From: an uncultured Micrococcales bacterium
Lineage (GTDB): Bacteria; Actinomycetota; Actinomycetes; S36-B12; UBA10799
Direction of reading: 5' to 3'
DNA length: 64,000 nucleotides
Assembly: GCA_937952095.1 (NCBI GenBank)
Contig: CALFYG010000089.1
Coordinates: 1,114-65,113 of the forward strand
Shown here: positions 34,159 through 42,640 of the stretch, piece by piece
How the letters are laid out: the number at the start of each line of letters is the position of its first letter
Numbering within the stretch: position 1 is the first letter of the stretch
Made by a program: the position numbers and the translations under genes
The notes under the pieces: generated by a model
Told to the model about the DNA's origin: nothing
Databases searched by the model: none
Seen by the model: the letters and a program-made list of their open reading frames with translations, nothing else

Positions 34159-34247
34159 TGTGCCAAGGGCCTTAACAAAGCCTGTCCCCCGATTCGGTGA
34201 CACGCCGGGGTGGAACGCACGGTGTCCGCTGGGCGACTGTGTGTGAC

Positions 34248-34282
34248 AGAGGGGGTGCATCGCGGGGGGGTGCACCCCCTCT
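34248..34282. promoter_or_regulatory. perfect 12-bp inverted repeat in the divergent RR / secernin-like intergenic region
   Basis: AGAGGGGGTGCA-N11-TGCACCCCCTCT, 47 nt upstream of ATG 34329. Confidence 0.35.
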
Positions 34283-34328
34283 TGATGTTTCGCTACAACC
34301 ACGTGCCGCGCGGGCGCACAATGGGCGC

Positions 34329-35585
34329 ATGTGCGACACGTTCGTCTCTTTGCCCGATGCCACCACGGACGCCTCGGTGATCCTCGGGAAGAACAGCGAC
34401 CGCGAGCCCAACGAGGCGCACGAGGTCGTCATGATCCCGGCTGCCGACCACGATCGGGCCCGGGTCAAGGCCACCTACCTCGACATCGCGCAGGTGTCCC
34501 ACACACACGCTGTCCTGTTGTCAAAGCCCTACTGGATCTGGGGCGCCGAAATGGGCGTCAACGAGCACGGGGTGGCGATCGGCAACGAGGCGGTCTTCAC
34601 GAAGGCCAAGCGGGAGAAGACGCCGGGCCTGCTCGGGATGGATCTGTTGCGCCTCGGTCTGGAGCGCGCGGCGACCGCCGACGAGGCGGTGGACGTCATC
34701 ACTGCCCTGCTCGAGGCCCACGGACAGGGCGGACAGGCCGGTCACACGCACAAGCTGGAGTACGACAACAGTTTCATCGTCAGCGATCGCACGCAGGCCT
34801 GGATCCTTGAGACCGTCGGCCGGGATTGGGCCGCGAAGCGCGTGGATCGCACCGCGTCCATCAGCAACGGCTTGACGCTCGGCTCGGTTGAACGCGCCTC
34901 CGGCGGATTGCGCGGCGAGCCTGTGACGTCGCATTCCGACTTCCTGTACACGCGGTTCTCGGACTCCGCAGCCCGGCAGTGCCGGACCTCCGACGCCCTC
35001 AGCGCCGCGCGAGGACGCATCGACGTGCCTACGGCGATGCGCCTGCTGCGCGACCACGGTGACGTGGGCCCGGACTGGTCACCCGCCCGCGGAATCACCG
35101 GTCAGACCGTTTGCGCCCACGCCGGATTCGGTCCGATCCGGGTGGCACAGTCGACGGGCTCGATGGTCGCGCACGTCACCGCCGACGACATCACGGTCTG
35201 GCTCACGGCGACATCCGCGCCGTGCACTTCGGTGTTCAAGCCGGTCTGGTTCGACGGCGGGTTGCCCGAATTGAAAGCACCCGGCATGCAGTTCGACGCT
35301 CAGACCCTGTGGTGGCGCCACGAGCTGCTGCACCGGGCCACGCTGGGCAACTATCCCGAACGGGCAGCCGCCTACGCCAAGCTGCGCGACGATCTCGAGG
35401 CGGAGTTCCTGGCCGCAGCGCCGACCGCCGATGATCGCGCAGGGTTCACAGCCCGTTGTTTCTCCCAGGCCGACGAGGCGGAGGCGGCATGGCTGCAGGC
35501 GGTCAGAGCGCTCCCGGAGGCGAAGATCCCGCGGCTGTATGAACGGGCCTGGCGCACGTGGGACCGTCTGGCGGGCATGCCGTGA
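34329..35585 (+). CDS. secernin-like peptidase C69 family Ntn hydrolase
   Basis: Starts MCDTFVSLPDATTDASVILGKNSDREPNEAHEVV (N-terminal nucleophile Cys and the GKNSDR motif typical of secernin/C69). Confidence 0.78.
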   Translation: MCDTFVSLPDATTDASVILGKNSDREPNEAHEVVMIPAADHDRARVKATYLDIAQVSHTHAVLLSKPYWIWGAEMGVNEHGVAIGNEAVFTKAKREKTPGLLGMDLLRLGLERAATADEAVDVITALLEAHGQGGQAGHTHKLEYDNSFIVSDRTQAWILETVGRDWAAKRVDRTASISNGLTLGSVERASGGLRGEPVTSHSDFLYTRFSDSAARQCRTSDALSAARGRIDVPTAMRLLRDHGDVGPDWSPARGITGQTVCAHAGFGPIRVAQSTGSMVAHVTADDITVWLTATSAPCTSVFKPVWFDGGLPELKAPGMQFDAQTLWWRHELLHRATLGNYPERAAAYAKLRDDLEAEFLAAAPTADDRAGFTARCFSQADEAEAAWLQAVRALPEAKIPRLYERAWRTWDRLAGMP

Positions 35586-36802
35586 CCTCCGCGGCGAAGC
35601 AGCAGGCGCTGCAGTGGGCCGAGCAGTACGTGTGCCCCGATCGGGTGCGCTTTCTGACCGCCGCCGGGATCGACCTGGTGATCGGTCGCCGCGAGGGGTA
35701 CCGGCTGTGGGACCTCGATGGCCGGGAGCTTATCGACATCCATCTCAACGGAGGCGTGTTCAACCTCGGCCACCGCAATCCGCAGGTCATCGAGGCGCTG
35801 AGGGCGGCCCTGGAGACCCTCGACATCGGCAATCACCACTTCCCGAGCGTCGAGCGCGCCCAACTGGCCCATGAACTCGTCGGGCTGACCCCGGGCATGC
35901 AGTACGCGGTCTTCGCCAGCGGGGGTGGGGAGGCGATCGATCTGGCTATCAAGAGTGCCCGCCGGGTGACAGGGCGCCGACGCATCGTGTCGGTGACCGA
36001 CGCCTACCACGGACACACCGGGCTGGCCCTGGCCGCCGGGGACGAACAGGCCGCCACTGCCTTCCTGTCCCTCGACCCCGACATCGTGAGAGTGCCGTTC
36101 AACGACGCCGAGGCACTGGCTGCGGCCCTGCGGGAACCCACCGCGGCCGTCATCCTCGAAACCGTCCCGGCGACCGCCGGCTTCCCCAGGCCCTCGGACG
36201 CGTACCTGCCGGCAGTTCGCAGGTTGTGCGACGAGGCCGACGCGCTCTACATCGCCGACGAGGTGCAGACCGGCCTGGGCCGAAGCGGACGGATGTGGGG
36301 CGTGGAGTTGTTCGGCGTGGTCCCGGACATCCTCGTGACCGGCAAGGGACTGTCCGGGGGGATCTACCCCATTGCCGCCACGTTGCTCAACGAGCGCGCC
36401 GGTCAATGGCTGCAGACCGACGGCTGGGGTCATGTGTCGACCTTCGGCGGCGCCGAGCTCGGCTGTCGAGTCGCCTCCCGCGTGCTCGAGCTCACCGGCG
36501 AGGCGCTGCCGACGCTGCCGATCGATGCCTGGGCCGCAGGGTTCGCCGAACTGGCGCAGGCATACCCGCAGTGGGTCGTAGAGGTGCGCCAGACGGGGCT
36601 GATCATCGGTGTGAAGTTCGCCAACGAGATGGGCGGCATGCTGATGACCCGGCTGCTGTACGACCAGGGGGTGTGGGCGATGTTCGCGGGGTTCGACCGC
36701 TCGGTGTTGCAGGTGAAGCCGGGCCTGCTGATGAGCGACGGCGAGCGCGGGCAGGTGCTCGAGGCCTTCCATCGGGCATGCGCCGTGGCGGTGACGATGT
36801 GA
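35582..36802 (+). CDS. class-III (PLP) aminotransferase
   Basis: GTGA overlap. GYRLWDLDGRELIDIHLNGGVFNLGHRNP...SGGGEAIDLAIK...YHGHTG...ADEVQTGLGRSGRMWG...VTGKGLSGGIYP. Confidence 0.85.
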   Translation: MTSAAKQQALQWAEQYVCPDRVRFLTAAGIDLVIGRREGYRLWDLDGRELIDIHLNGGVFNLGHRNPQVIEALRAALETLDIGNHHFPSVERAQLAHELVGLTPGMQYAVFASGGGEAIDLAIKSARRVTGRRRIVSVTDAYHGHTGLALAAGDEQAATAFLSLDPDIVRVPFNDAEALAAALREPTAAVILETVPATAGFPRPSDAYLPAVRRLCDEADALYIADEVQTGLGRSGRMWGVELFGVVPDILVTGKGLSGGIYPIAATLLNERAGQWLQTDGWGHVSTFGGAELGCRVASRVLELTGEALPTLPIDAWAAGFAELAQAYPQWVVEVRQTGLIIGVKFANEMGGMLMTRLLYDQGVWAMFAGFDRSVLQVKPGLLMSDGERGQVLEAFHRACAVAVTM

Positions 36803-37677
36803 GACAGACACTCGAGCAACTCGAGTCCCGGCTCGATCCCGCCCATCCGCAGGGCGTCACCGTGCTGGCCTACGGCGAGATCTCAGCGGCCCTGTTGGTG
36901 CCCGGCCTCGAGGGCAGGGTGTGCAAGCGCATGTCCGGCTTCGCCGACCACGCGATGGCGGCCGCGTACTGCGATCTGGTGACCGAGTACATCGCGGTGC
37001 TGCGCGACAACGGCGTGCGGGTCGTGGACACCGAGGTGGTTCTGCTCGACCGTCGGGGCCGCGCCCCCGTCGTATACCTGGTGCAGCCTTTGCTGGACGC
37101 CTTGGGCAACAAGATCCTGCACACCGCGGCCGACGATGAACTCACCGCCGCGATCCACACGGTGCTGGACCGGGTGTGGGCGTTGCACCAGCGCACGGCG
37201 GCGCCCGAGGTCGCGATCGACGCGCAGTTGTCCAACTGGTCCTTCAGCGACCCCGATGATCCGGTGTTGCTGGACGTGGGCACGCCTTTCGTCCGGCAGG
37301 CCGGGGCTCACGCCTTCGATCAGGAGATCCTGCTGTCCGCCGTCCCGCCCGGGATCCGCGCCTACTACCGGCGCAAGGGGACGGCCTCGGAATACATGGA
37401 CGACTACTTCGCGCCCCGCCTGGTGGCGGTGGACCTGCTGGGCAACTTCATCAAGGAGTCCGCGGTGCCCCGCCTGCCCGAGGGGATCGTCGCAGCCAAC
37501 GAGTGGCTGACCGCGCACGACCTCGACCCCATCGAGCGGGCCGAGGTCGACGACTACTACAAGCAGGACGCCTCCACCCTGGAATTGTTCCTGCGGGTGC
37601 GTCGACTCGACCGGGCGGCCAAGCGGCTGCTGCGCCGGGAGTACGACTTCATCCTTCCCGGGAAGGTGGAGCGCTAG
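36799..37677 (+). CDS. conserved hypothetical protein, possibly protein-kinase-like fold
   Basis: GTGA overlap. By-eye kinase-like landmarks: YGEISAAL..VCKRM (Lys), VYLVQPLL (hinge), AIDAQLSNW (catalytic-loop-like), LLDVGTPF (DFG-like). Confidence 0.5.
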   Translation: MRQTLEQLESRLDPAHPQGVTVLAYGEISAALLVPGLEGRVCKRMSGFADHAMAAAYCDLVTEYIAVLRDNGVRVVDTEVVLLDRRGRAPVVYLVQPLLDALGNKILHTAADDELTAAIHTVLDRVWALHQRTAAPEVAIDAQLSNWSFSDPDDPVLLDVGTPFVRQAGAHAFDQEILLSAVPPGIRAYYRRKGTASEYMDDYFAPRLVAVDLLGNFIKESAVPRLPEGIVAANEWLTAHDLDPIERAEVDDYYKQDASTLELFLRVRRLDRAAKRLLRREYDFILPGKVER

Positions 37678-37712
37678 AAGCGGGCAGGGGCGTGCGCAAG
37701 TAGCCTTGCCAC

Positions 37713-39329
37713 GTGCGCGGATTCGATCGGCGGCTGCTGACCTACGCCCGATCCACGCGCGCTTTCCTCATCGCCAGCGTCGCGGTGCAGTCCCTGCAGG
37801 CCGTGCTCATCGTCATCCAGGCCCTGCTGATCGCCACGATCATCGTGCAGGCCTTCACCGAGGGCGCGACGCTCGCGCAGGTCATGCCCCGGGTGGTGCA
37901 GTTGGCGGTCGTGATCGGCCTGCGCTCGCTGACCGCGTTCTTCGCTGAGTGGCTGGCCCACCGCACAGCCGCCACCGCGATGAGCGAGCTGCGGATGGCT
38001 GCCTGGCGCCACATGATGAGCCTGGGGCCGGCGTGGCTGTCGAACCAGCGCACCGGTGAGCTCGCACAGTTGCTCGTGCGCGGGATCGGGGGGCTCGAGG
38101 CCTACTACGCGCGCTACCTGCCGCAGCTGGTCTTGGCCGTCGTCGTGCCGTTGATCGTAGGCGTCGCGATCCTCACCCAGGACCTGCTCGCCGCGGTGAT
38201 CGTGGCGCTGACGGTCCCGCTCATCCCCGTGTTCATGATCCTCGTCGGCTGGGTGAGCCAGGCCCGTGTCGACAAGCAGTGGCGCTGGCTGTCGGTGCTG
38301 GGCAACCACTTCCTGGATGTGGTCGAGGGTCTGCCCACCCTGAAGGCGTTCAACCGTGCGCAGCACCAGGTCGGCCAGATCCGTCGGGTCGGGGACGAGC
38401 ACCGGCAGGCCACCATGGGCGTTCTGCGGATCACGTTCCTGTCTGCCCTCGTGCTCGAACTGCTGTCGACGCTTTCCGTCGCGCTGATCGCCGTGTCCAT
38501 CGGCGTGCGGCTCGTGGACGGCGACATGACCCTGATGGCCGGGCTGTCCGTGCTGATCCTGGCGCCAGAGGTGTACCTGCCGCTGCGGATGGTGGGGCAG
38601 CACTTCCATGCCGCTGCCGAGGGTGCCGATGCCGCGGACCGGGTCTTCGCCATCATGGCGCAGGCGCCGCCGTCGAAGGGGTCCGCCGACCTTGTCACCG
38701 CCGACGCCGACCTGAGTCTGCGTGACGTGTCGCTGGCCTACGGCGACGATCCTGTGGTCAGCGGTCTGTCGGCCACGATCCCCGCCGGACGGATCACGGT
38801 CATCAATGGGCCGTCGGGTGCGGGTAAGACCACCGTGCTCAATGCGCTGCTCGGGTTCCTCACACCCCGCGAGGGAGAGGTCCTGATCGGCGCGCAGGAC
38901 CTTGTGGATATCGACGTGCGGCAGTGGTGGGAACACGTGGCCTGGGTCCCGCAGTCGCCGCAACTGCTGCCCACGACCCTGCGGGAGAACCTGACTCTGG
39001 GTCAGGACGTGGATGTCGCCGAGGTGTTGGCGCAGACGCGGCTCGCGCACTGGGTCGCCGGCCTTCCCGACGGGCTGGACACGGTGGTGGGGGAGGGCGG
39101 ACGGCCGGTGTCGGTCGGCCAGGCGCGGCGCATCGCACTGTCCCGGGCCCTGCTGCGGCGAGCCCGCGTTCTCATGCTCGACGAACCGACGGCCGGGGTC
39201 GACCCGGAGTCCGAGGCCGCGATCATCGATGTGCTGCGCGAGGTGGATGCCACGGTTGTCGTGGTCGGGCACCGGTCGGCGATCAACGACATCGCGGACC
39301 ACACCGTCTCGGTGGGGGTGGTCGTGTGA
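37713..39329 (+). CDS. cydD: thiol reductant ABC exporter subunit CydD
   Basis: RLLTYARSTRAFLIASVAVQSLQAVLIVIQALLIA... (6 TM helices) plus NBD GPSGAGKTT...VSVGQARRIALSRAL...LMLDEPTAGVD. Confidence 0.88.
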   Translation: MRGFDRRLLTYARSTRAFLIASVAVQSLQAVLIVIQALLIATIIVQAFTEGATLAQVMPRVVQLAVVIGLRSLTAFFAEWLAHRTAATAMSELRMAAWRHMMSLGPAWLSNQRTGELAQLLVRGIGGLEAYYARYLPQLVLAVVVPLIVGVAILTQDLLAAVIVALTVPLIPVFMILVGWVSQARVDKQWRWLSVLGNHFLDVVEGLPTLKAFNRAQHQVGQIRRVGDEHRQATMGVLRITFLSALVLELLSTLSVALIAVSIGVRLVDGDMTLMAGLSVLILAPEVYLPLRMVGQHFHAAAEGADAADRVFAIMAQAPPSKGSADLVTADADLSLRDVSLAYGDDPVVSGLSATIPAGRITVINGPSGAGKTTVLNALLGFLTPREGEVLIGAQDLVDIDVRQWWEHVAWVPQSPQLLPTTLRENLTLGQDVDVAEVLAQTRLAHWVAGLPDGLDTVVGEGGRPVSVGQARRIALSRALLRRARVLMLDEPTAGVDPESEAAIIDVLREVDATVVVVGHRSAINDIADHTVSVGVVV

Positions 39330-40942
39330 TCCTGCGCGATCCGGCCGTGACCCGGCTGCGGGAGATCTACCGTCCCGCCTCGGGTCGCCTGTGGTTGGCC
39401 GCCTTCCTCGGGGCGCTGGCCCTCGGGTGCTCGGTCGGGCTGATCGCCGCGAGCGCATGGCTGATCTCGCGCGCCTGGGAGCAGCCCCCGATCCTGTTCC
39501 TGCAGGTGGCGGTGGTCAGCGTCCGCGCCTTCGGCATCGGCCGTGGCGTGTTCCGTTACGCCGAGCGTCTGGTCAGCCACCAGGCCGCGTTCCGCTCGCT
39601 CGTGGACCTGCGGGTCGCGCTCTACGAGCGGCTCATCCCTCTGGCCCCGGCGGGCCTGCCGGCCTTCAAGCGCGGGGACCTACTGCGCAGGATGGTCGAC
39701 GACGTCGAGGCGATGGCGGACCTGAGCCTGCGCGTGATGTTGCCGATCTTCTCGGCGATCCTCGTGGGGACCGGCTCGGTGATCCTCTGTGCGTGGCTCC
39801 TTCCCACGGCCGGTGTGATCATGGCCGTCATGCTGCTGCTCGGCGGCATCGTCGTGCCGGCGGTCATCATCTGGTCGTCCGGGCGGGGTCAGGCCGTGCA
39901 GGCCCCGTTGCAGGCCGAGCTGTCGTCCGAGGTGCTCACCGCCCTGCACGCCGGGCCAGAGCTGATGGTGCTCGGCGCCGACGACGAGTACGCGCGGCGC
40001 ATCGCGGACGTCGACCACCGGCTGACCTCGGCCATGCGACGCACCGCCGTCGGCTCGGCGCTGTCGTCGGCGCTGGGGATCCTGATCCAGGGTGCGGCGG
40101 TGATCGCGATGATCCTGGTGGCGGTCCCGGCGGTGCGAAACGGGGATCTGCGCGGGGTCAACCTGGCGGTTCTCGTACTGCTTCCGCTGGCGGCCTACGA
40201 GGCGGTCGCGGTGCTCGCCCCGTCGGCCCTTGCGGCCATCCGCGTGCGGGCGGCGGCCGGGCGTCTCGTGGAGATCCTGGATGCCGTGCCGCCTGTCGGC
40301 GAGCCCACGTCGCCGCAGGTCGGCTCCGGCACGGCGATCGAGGTGGCGGGCCTGCGTGCGCAGTACCCGACGGGGCCCGTGGCCGTTCGCAACGTGGGCT
40401 TCACCCTGCCGCAGGGGCGGCGTGTCGGTCTGGTGGGGGAGTCTGGTTCGGGCAAGTCGACCGTGCTGAACGTACTGGCGGCCTACCTCGGCTATCAGGG
40501 CCGGGCGGCGCTCGGCGACGTGGAGATCGCCGACCAGGCCGGGGACGAGGTGCGCGGGCAGGTGTTGTGGACGCCCCAGATCCCCCACGTGTTCGACGCC
40601 GATGTGGCGGCCAATCTGCGCATGGCCAAGCCTGATGCCACGGACGAGCAGTTGCGGTCCGCGCTCGAGGCCGTCGGGCTGCCGCTGGAACTCGACCGGG
40701 CCGTCGGCCAGCACGGCGCGACGTTGTCGGGTGGCGAGCGGCAGCGGCTGGGTCTGGCACGCGCGGTTCTCGCCGATCATCCTGTGCTGCTACTCGACGA
40801 GCCGACCGAACACCTGGACCCCCCGACGGCCGCCGGGGTGCTGGCGACCATCGAGCGGGTGAGCGCTGGACGGTCCCTGGTGGTCGTCACCCATCGACCG
40901 ATCGAGTGGCTCGATGCGCACGTCGAGGTGCGGGTGCCGTGA
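39326..40942 (+). CDS. cydC: thiol reductant ABC exporter subunit CydC
   Basis: GTGA overlap. TMD plus [12 protein letters not shown]...[15 protein letters not shown]...[11 protein letters not shown]. Confidence 0.88.
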   Translation: MILRDPAVTRLREIYRPASGRLWLAAFLGALALGCSVGLIAASAWLISRAWEQPPILFLQVAVVSVRAFGIGRGVFRYAERLVSHQAAFRSLVDLRVALYERLIPLAPAGLPAFKRGDLLRRMVDDVEAMADLSLRVMLPIFSAILVGTGSVILCAWLLPTAGVIMAVMLLLGGIVVPAVIIWSSGRGQAVQAPLQAELSSEVLTALHAGPELMVLGADDEYARRIADVDHRLTSAMRRTAVGSALSSALGILIQGAAVIAMILVAVPAVRNGDLRGVNLAVLVLLPLAAYEAVAVLAPSALAAIRVRAAAGRLVEILDAVPPVGEPTSPQVGSGTAIEVAGLRAQYPTGPVAVRNVGFTLPQGRRVGLVGESGSGKSTVLNVLAAYLGYQGRAALGDVEIADQAGDEVRGQVLWTPQIPHVFDADVAANLRMAKPDATDEQLRSALEAVGLPLELDRAVGQHGATLSGGERQRLGLARAVLADHPVLLLDEPTEHLDPPTAAGVLATIERVSAGRSLVVVTHRPIEWLDAHVEVRVP

Positions 40943-41604
40943 AGCCCCTGGCACAGATCATCGACCCGGGGTGGGCGACTGCTCTCGCTCCGGTCGAGCC
41001 GCAGATCCGCGCGATGGGTGACTTCCTTCGCGCCCAGCCCGCATATCTGCCTGCGGGCGCGGACGTGCTGCGGGCCTTCACGTACCCCTTCGACGCGGCC
41101 GAGGTCCTGATCGTCGGCCAGGATCCGTACCCGACGCCGGGGCATCCGATCGGGTTGAGTTTCGCCGTGGCTCCGGACGTGCGGCCCCTTCCGCCGAGCC
41201 TGGTCAACATCTACACCGAGTTGGTGTCCGACCTAGGCGTTCCGATGCCCTCCACCGGCGACCTGCGGCCGTGGGCGCAGCGGGGGGTGGTGCTGCTCAA
41301 CAGGGTGCTCACTGTGGCGCCAGGCAGATCCGCGTCGCACCGCGGCAAGGGCTGGGAGCCGATCACCGAGCACGCGATCCGTGCGCTGGCCGCCAGGGAT
41401 CGTCCTCTGGTCGCGATCCTGTGGGGACGCGACGCCCAGACACTCACCCCGATCCTTCGCGACCACGGGGTGCCGGTTCTGACCAGCGTGCATCCGAGCC
41501 CGCTTTCGGCCCACCGGGGGTTCTTCGGATCCCGGCCCTTCAGCCGCGCCAACACCGCACTTGTCGAGCAGGGGGGCTCGGCCATCGACTGGTCACTGCC
41601 CTGA
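40939..41604 (+). CDS. ung: uracil-DNA glycosylase, family 1
   Basis: GTGA overlap with cyd[21 protein letters not shown]...PSLVNIY...LLLNRVLTV...HPSPLSA. Confidence 0.9.
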   Translation: MKPLAQIIDPGWATALAPVEPQIRAMGDFLRAQPAYLPAGADVLRAFTYPFDAAEVLIVGQDPYPTPGHPIGLSFAVAPDVRPLPPSLVNIYTELVSDLGVPMPSTGDLRPWAQRGVVLLNRVLTVAPGRSASHRGKGWEPITEHAIRALAARDRPLVAILWGRDAQTLTPILRDHGVPVLTSVHPSPLSAHRGFFGSRPFSRANTALVEQGGSAIDWSLP

Positions 41605-41773
41605 CGCGGCTGGCTGGGTCATCCGCGAGCACTCCGGACTTCGGGGATCACCGAAGTCCTCACGCCTGGGGTGGGGTTCGTCGGGGTCAACTTCTGCTCA
41701 AAGTCGCCGCGCCCCGGGTGCACGGGCACCCTCTGGCACGCTAACGTCGTGGCTCCCCAGCGAAAGGAACGCA

Positions 41774-42022
41774 ATGAGCGAGAACGACAACATCGAGGTC
41801 GTTGAGGCCGTCACCGCGGAAGTCACCGAGGACGGCGACATCGTGGCCGAAGACATCGTGGCGGCCATCGACACCGAGACCGGCGAGGCACTCATCGACG
41901 ACGTCGTAGCGGTGGAGGCCGCGGATGGCAGCACCTTCGTGGAGGAGACCGTCACCGCGATCGACGCCGACGGCAATGAGACGCTGCTGGCCGACGTGAT
42001 CGAGGAGACCGAGGCCGAGTAG
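41774..42022 (+). CDS. small, very acidic hypothetical protein (82 aa)
   Basis: GAAAGGAA SD before ATG. Asp/Glu/Val/Ala-rich sequence with repeated V-E/D-x-V-T-A patterns. Confidence 0.5.
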   Translation: MSENDNIEVVEAVTAEVTEDGDIVAEDIVAAIDTETGEALIDDVVAVEAADGSTFVEETVTAIDADGNETLLADVIEETEAE

Positions 42023-42078
42023 TTTGACTGGTGGTAGATCCCACTCGAGGGTTCTGCCCACTCACAAGGAGTTACTGA

Positions 42079-42456
42079 ATGGACGGCTCTGTTTTCCAGG
42101 CCATTTTGCTCGCGTTCCTGTTCATGGCGTACCTGATCCTGGTCTTTGTCATCGTCGGCGACCTCATGCGCGATCACGAGCTCAGCGGTTGGTGGAAGGC
42201 GGTCTGGATCGTCGCCCTGATCCTGATCCCGTGGCTCACCGGCCTGATCTACATCATCGTGCGCGGTAAGGGGATGGCCGAGCGTTCTGCGCAGGAGGCC
42301 GCGCGCATCCAGCAGGCGCAGGCCGACTACATCAAGCAGGTGTCCGGCAACGCCGACCCCGCCACGCAGATCGCCAACGCCAAGAAGCTGCACGACGACG
42401 GCGTCATCAGCGACAAGGAGTTCGAGGAGCTCAAGGCCAAGGCCCTGTCTGCCTGA
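42079..42456 (+). CDS. PLD-nuclease-N (PLDc_N) membrane domain + SHOCT domain protein
   Basis: AYLILVFVIVGDLMRD...WKAVWIVALILIPWLTGLIYIIV plus C-terminal KLHDDGVISDKEFEELKAKAL (SHOCT). Confidence 0.78.
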   Translation: MDGSVFQAILLAFLFMAYLILVFVIVGDLMRDHELSGWWKAVWIVALILIPWLTGLIYIIVRGKGMAERSAQEAARIQQAQADYIKQVSGNADPATQIANAKKLHDDGVISDKEFEELKAKALSA

Positions 42457-42470
42457 TCCGCAACCACCTG

Positions 42471-42502
42471 GAACGCCCCCCGCCGCGAGGTGGGGGGCGT
42501 TT
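42471..42502 (+). terminator. GC-rich hairpin after the SHOCT gene
   Basis: AACGCCCCCC / GGGGGGCGTT, a 10-bp stem with a 10-nt loop. Confidence 0.5.
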
Positions 42503-42640
42503 CGCGTATCGAACTGGTTGACGCAGGCCCGCCGCCAACCAGTAACACGCGGGTGGGCGGTCCGAACACCCGCCTCACACGGCGTGTCGCGTATCGAACT
42601 GGTTGGCCGGTGGTGGTGCTCAACCAGTTCGATACGCCTG
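42496..42640. repeat. second locus of the same ~84-bp repeat family, inverted orientation (about 1.7 copies)
   Basis: GGCGT(T/G)TCGCGTATCGAACTGGTTG occurs at 42496 and 42581. This is the reverse complement of CAACCAGTTGGGTACGCGACACGCC from the 21.7-kb locus. It contains CTGGTTG-N14/15-CAACCAG hairpins and overlaps the MFS stop codon. Confidence 0.85.

Noticed and set aside
1421-37712. Calling the block between cydB and cydD a horizontally acquired genomic island.
   Set aside because: No integrase, tRNA or flanking direct repeats are present, and there is no obvious composition shift except in short intergenic patches. Reported only as a synteny break.
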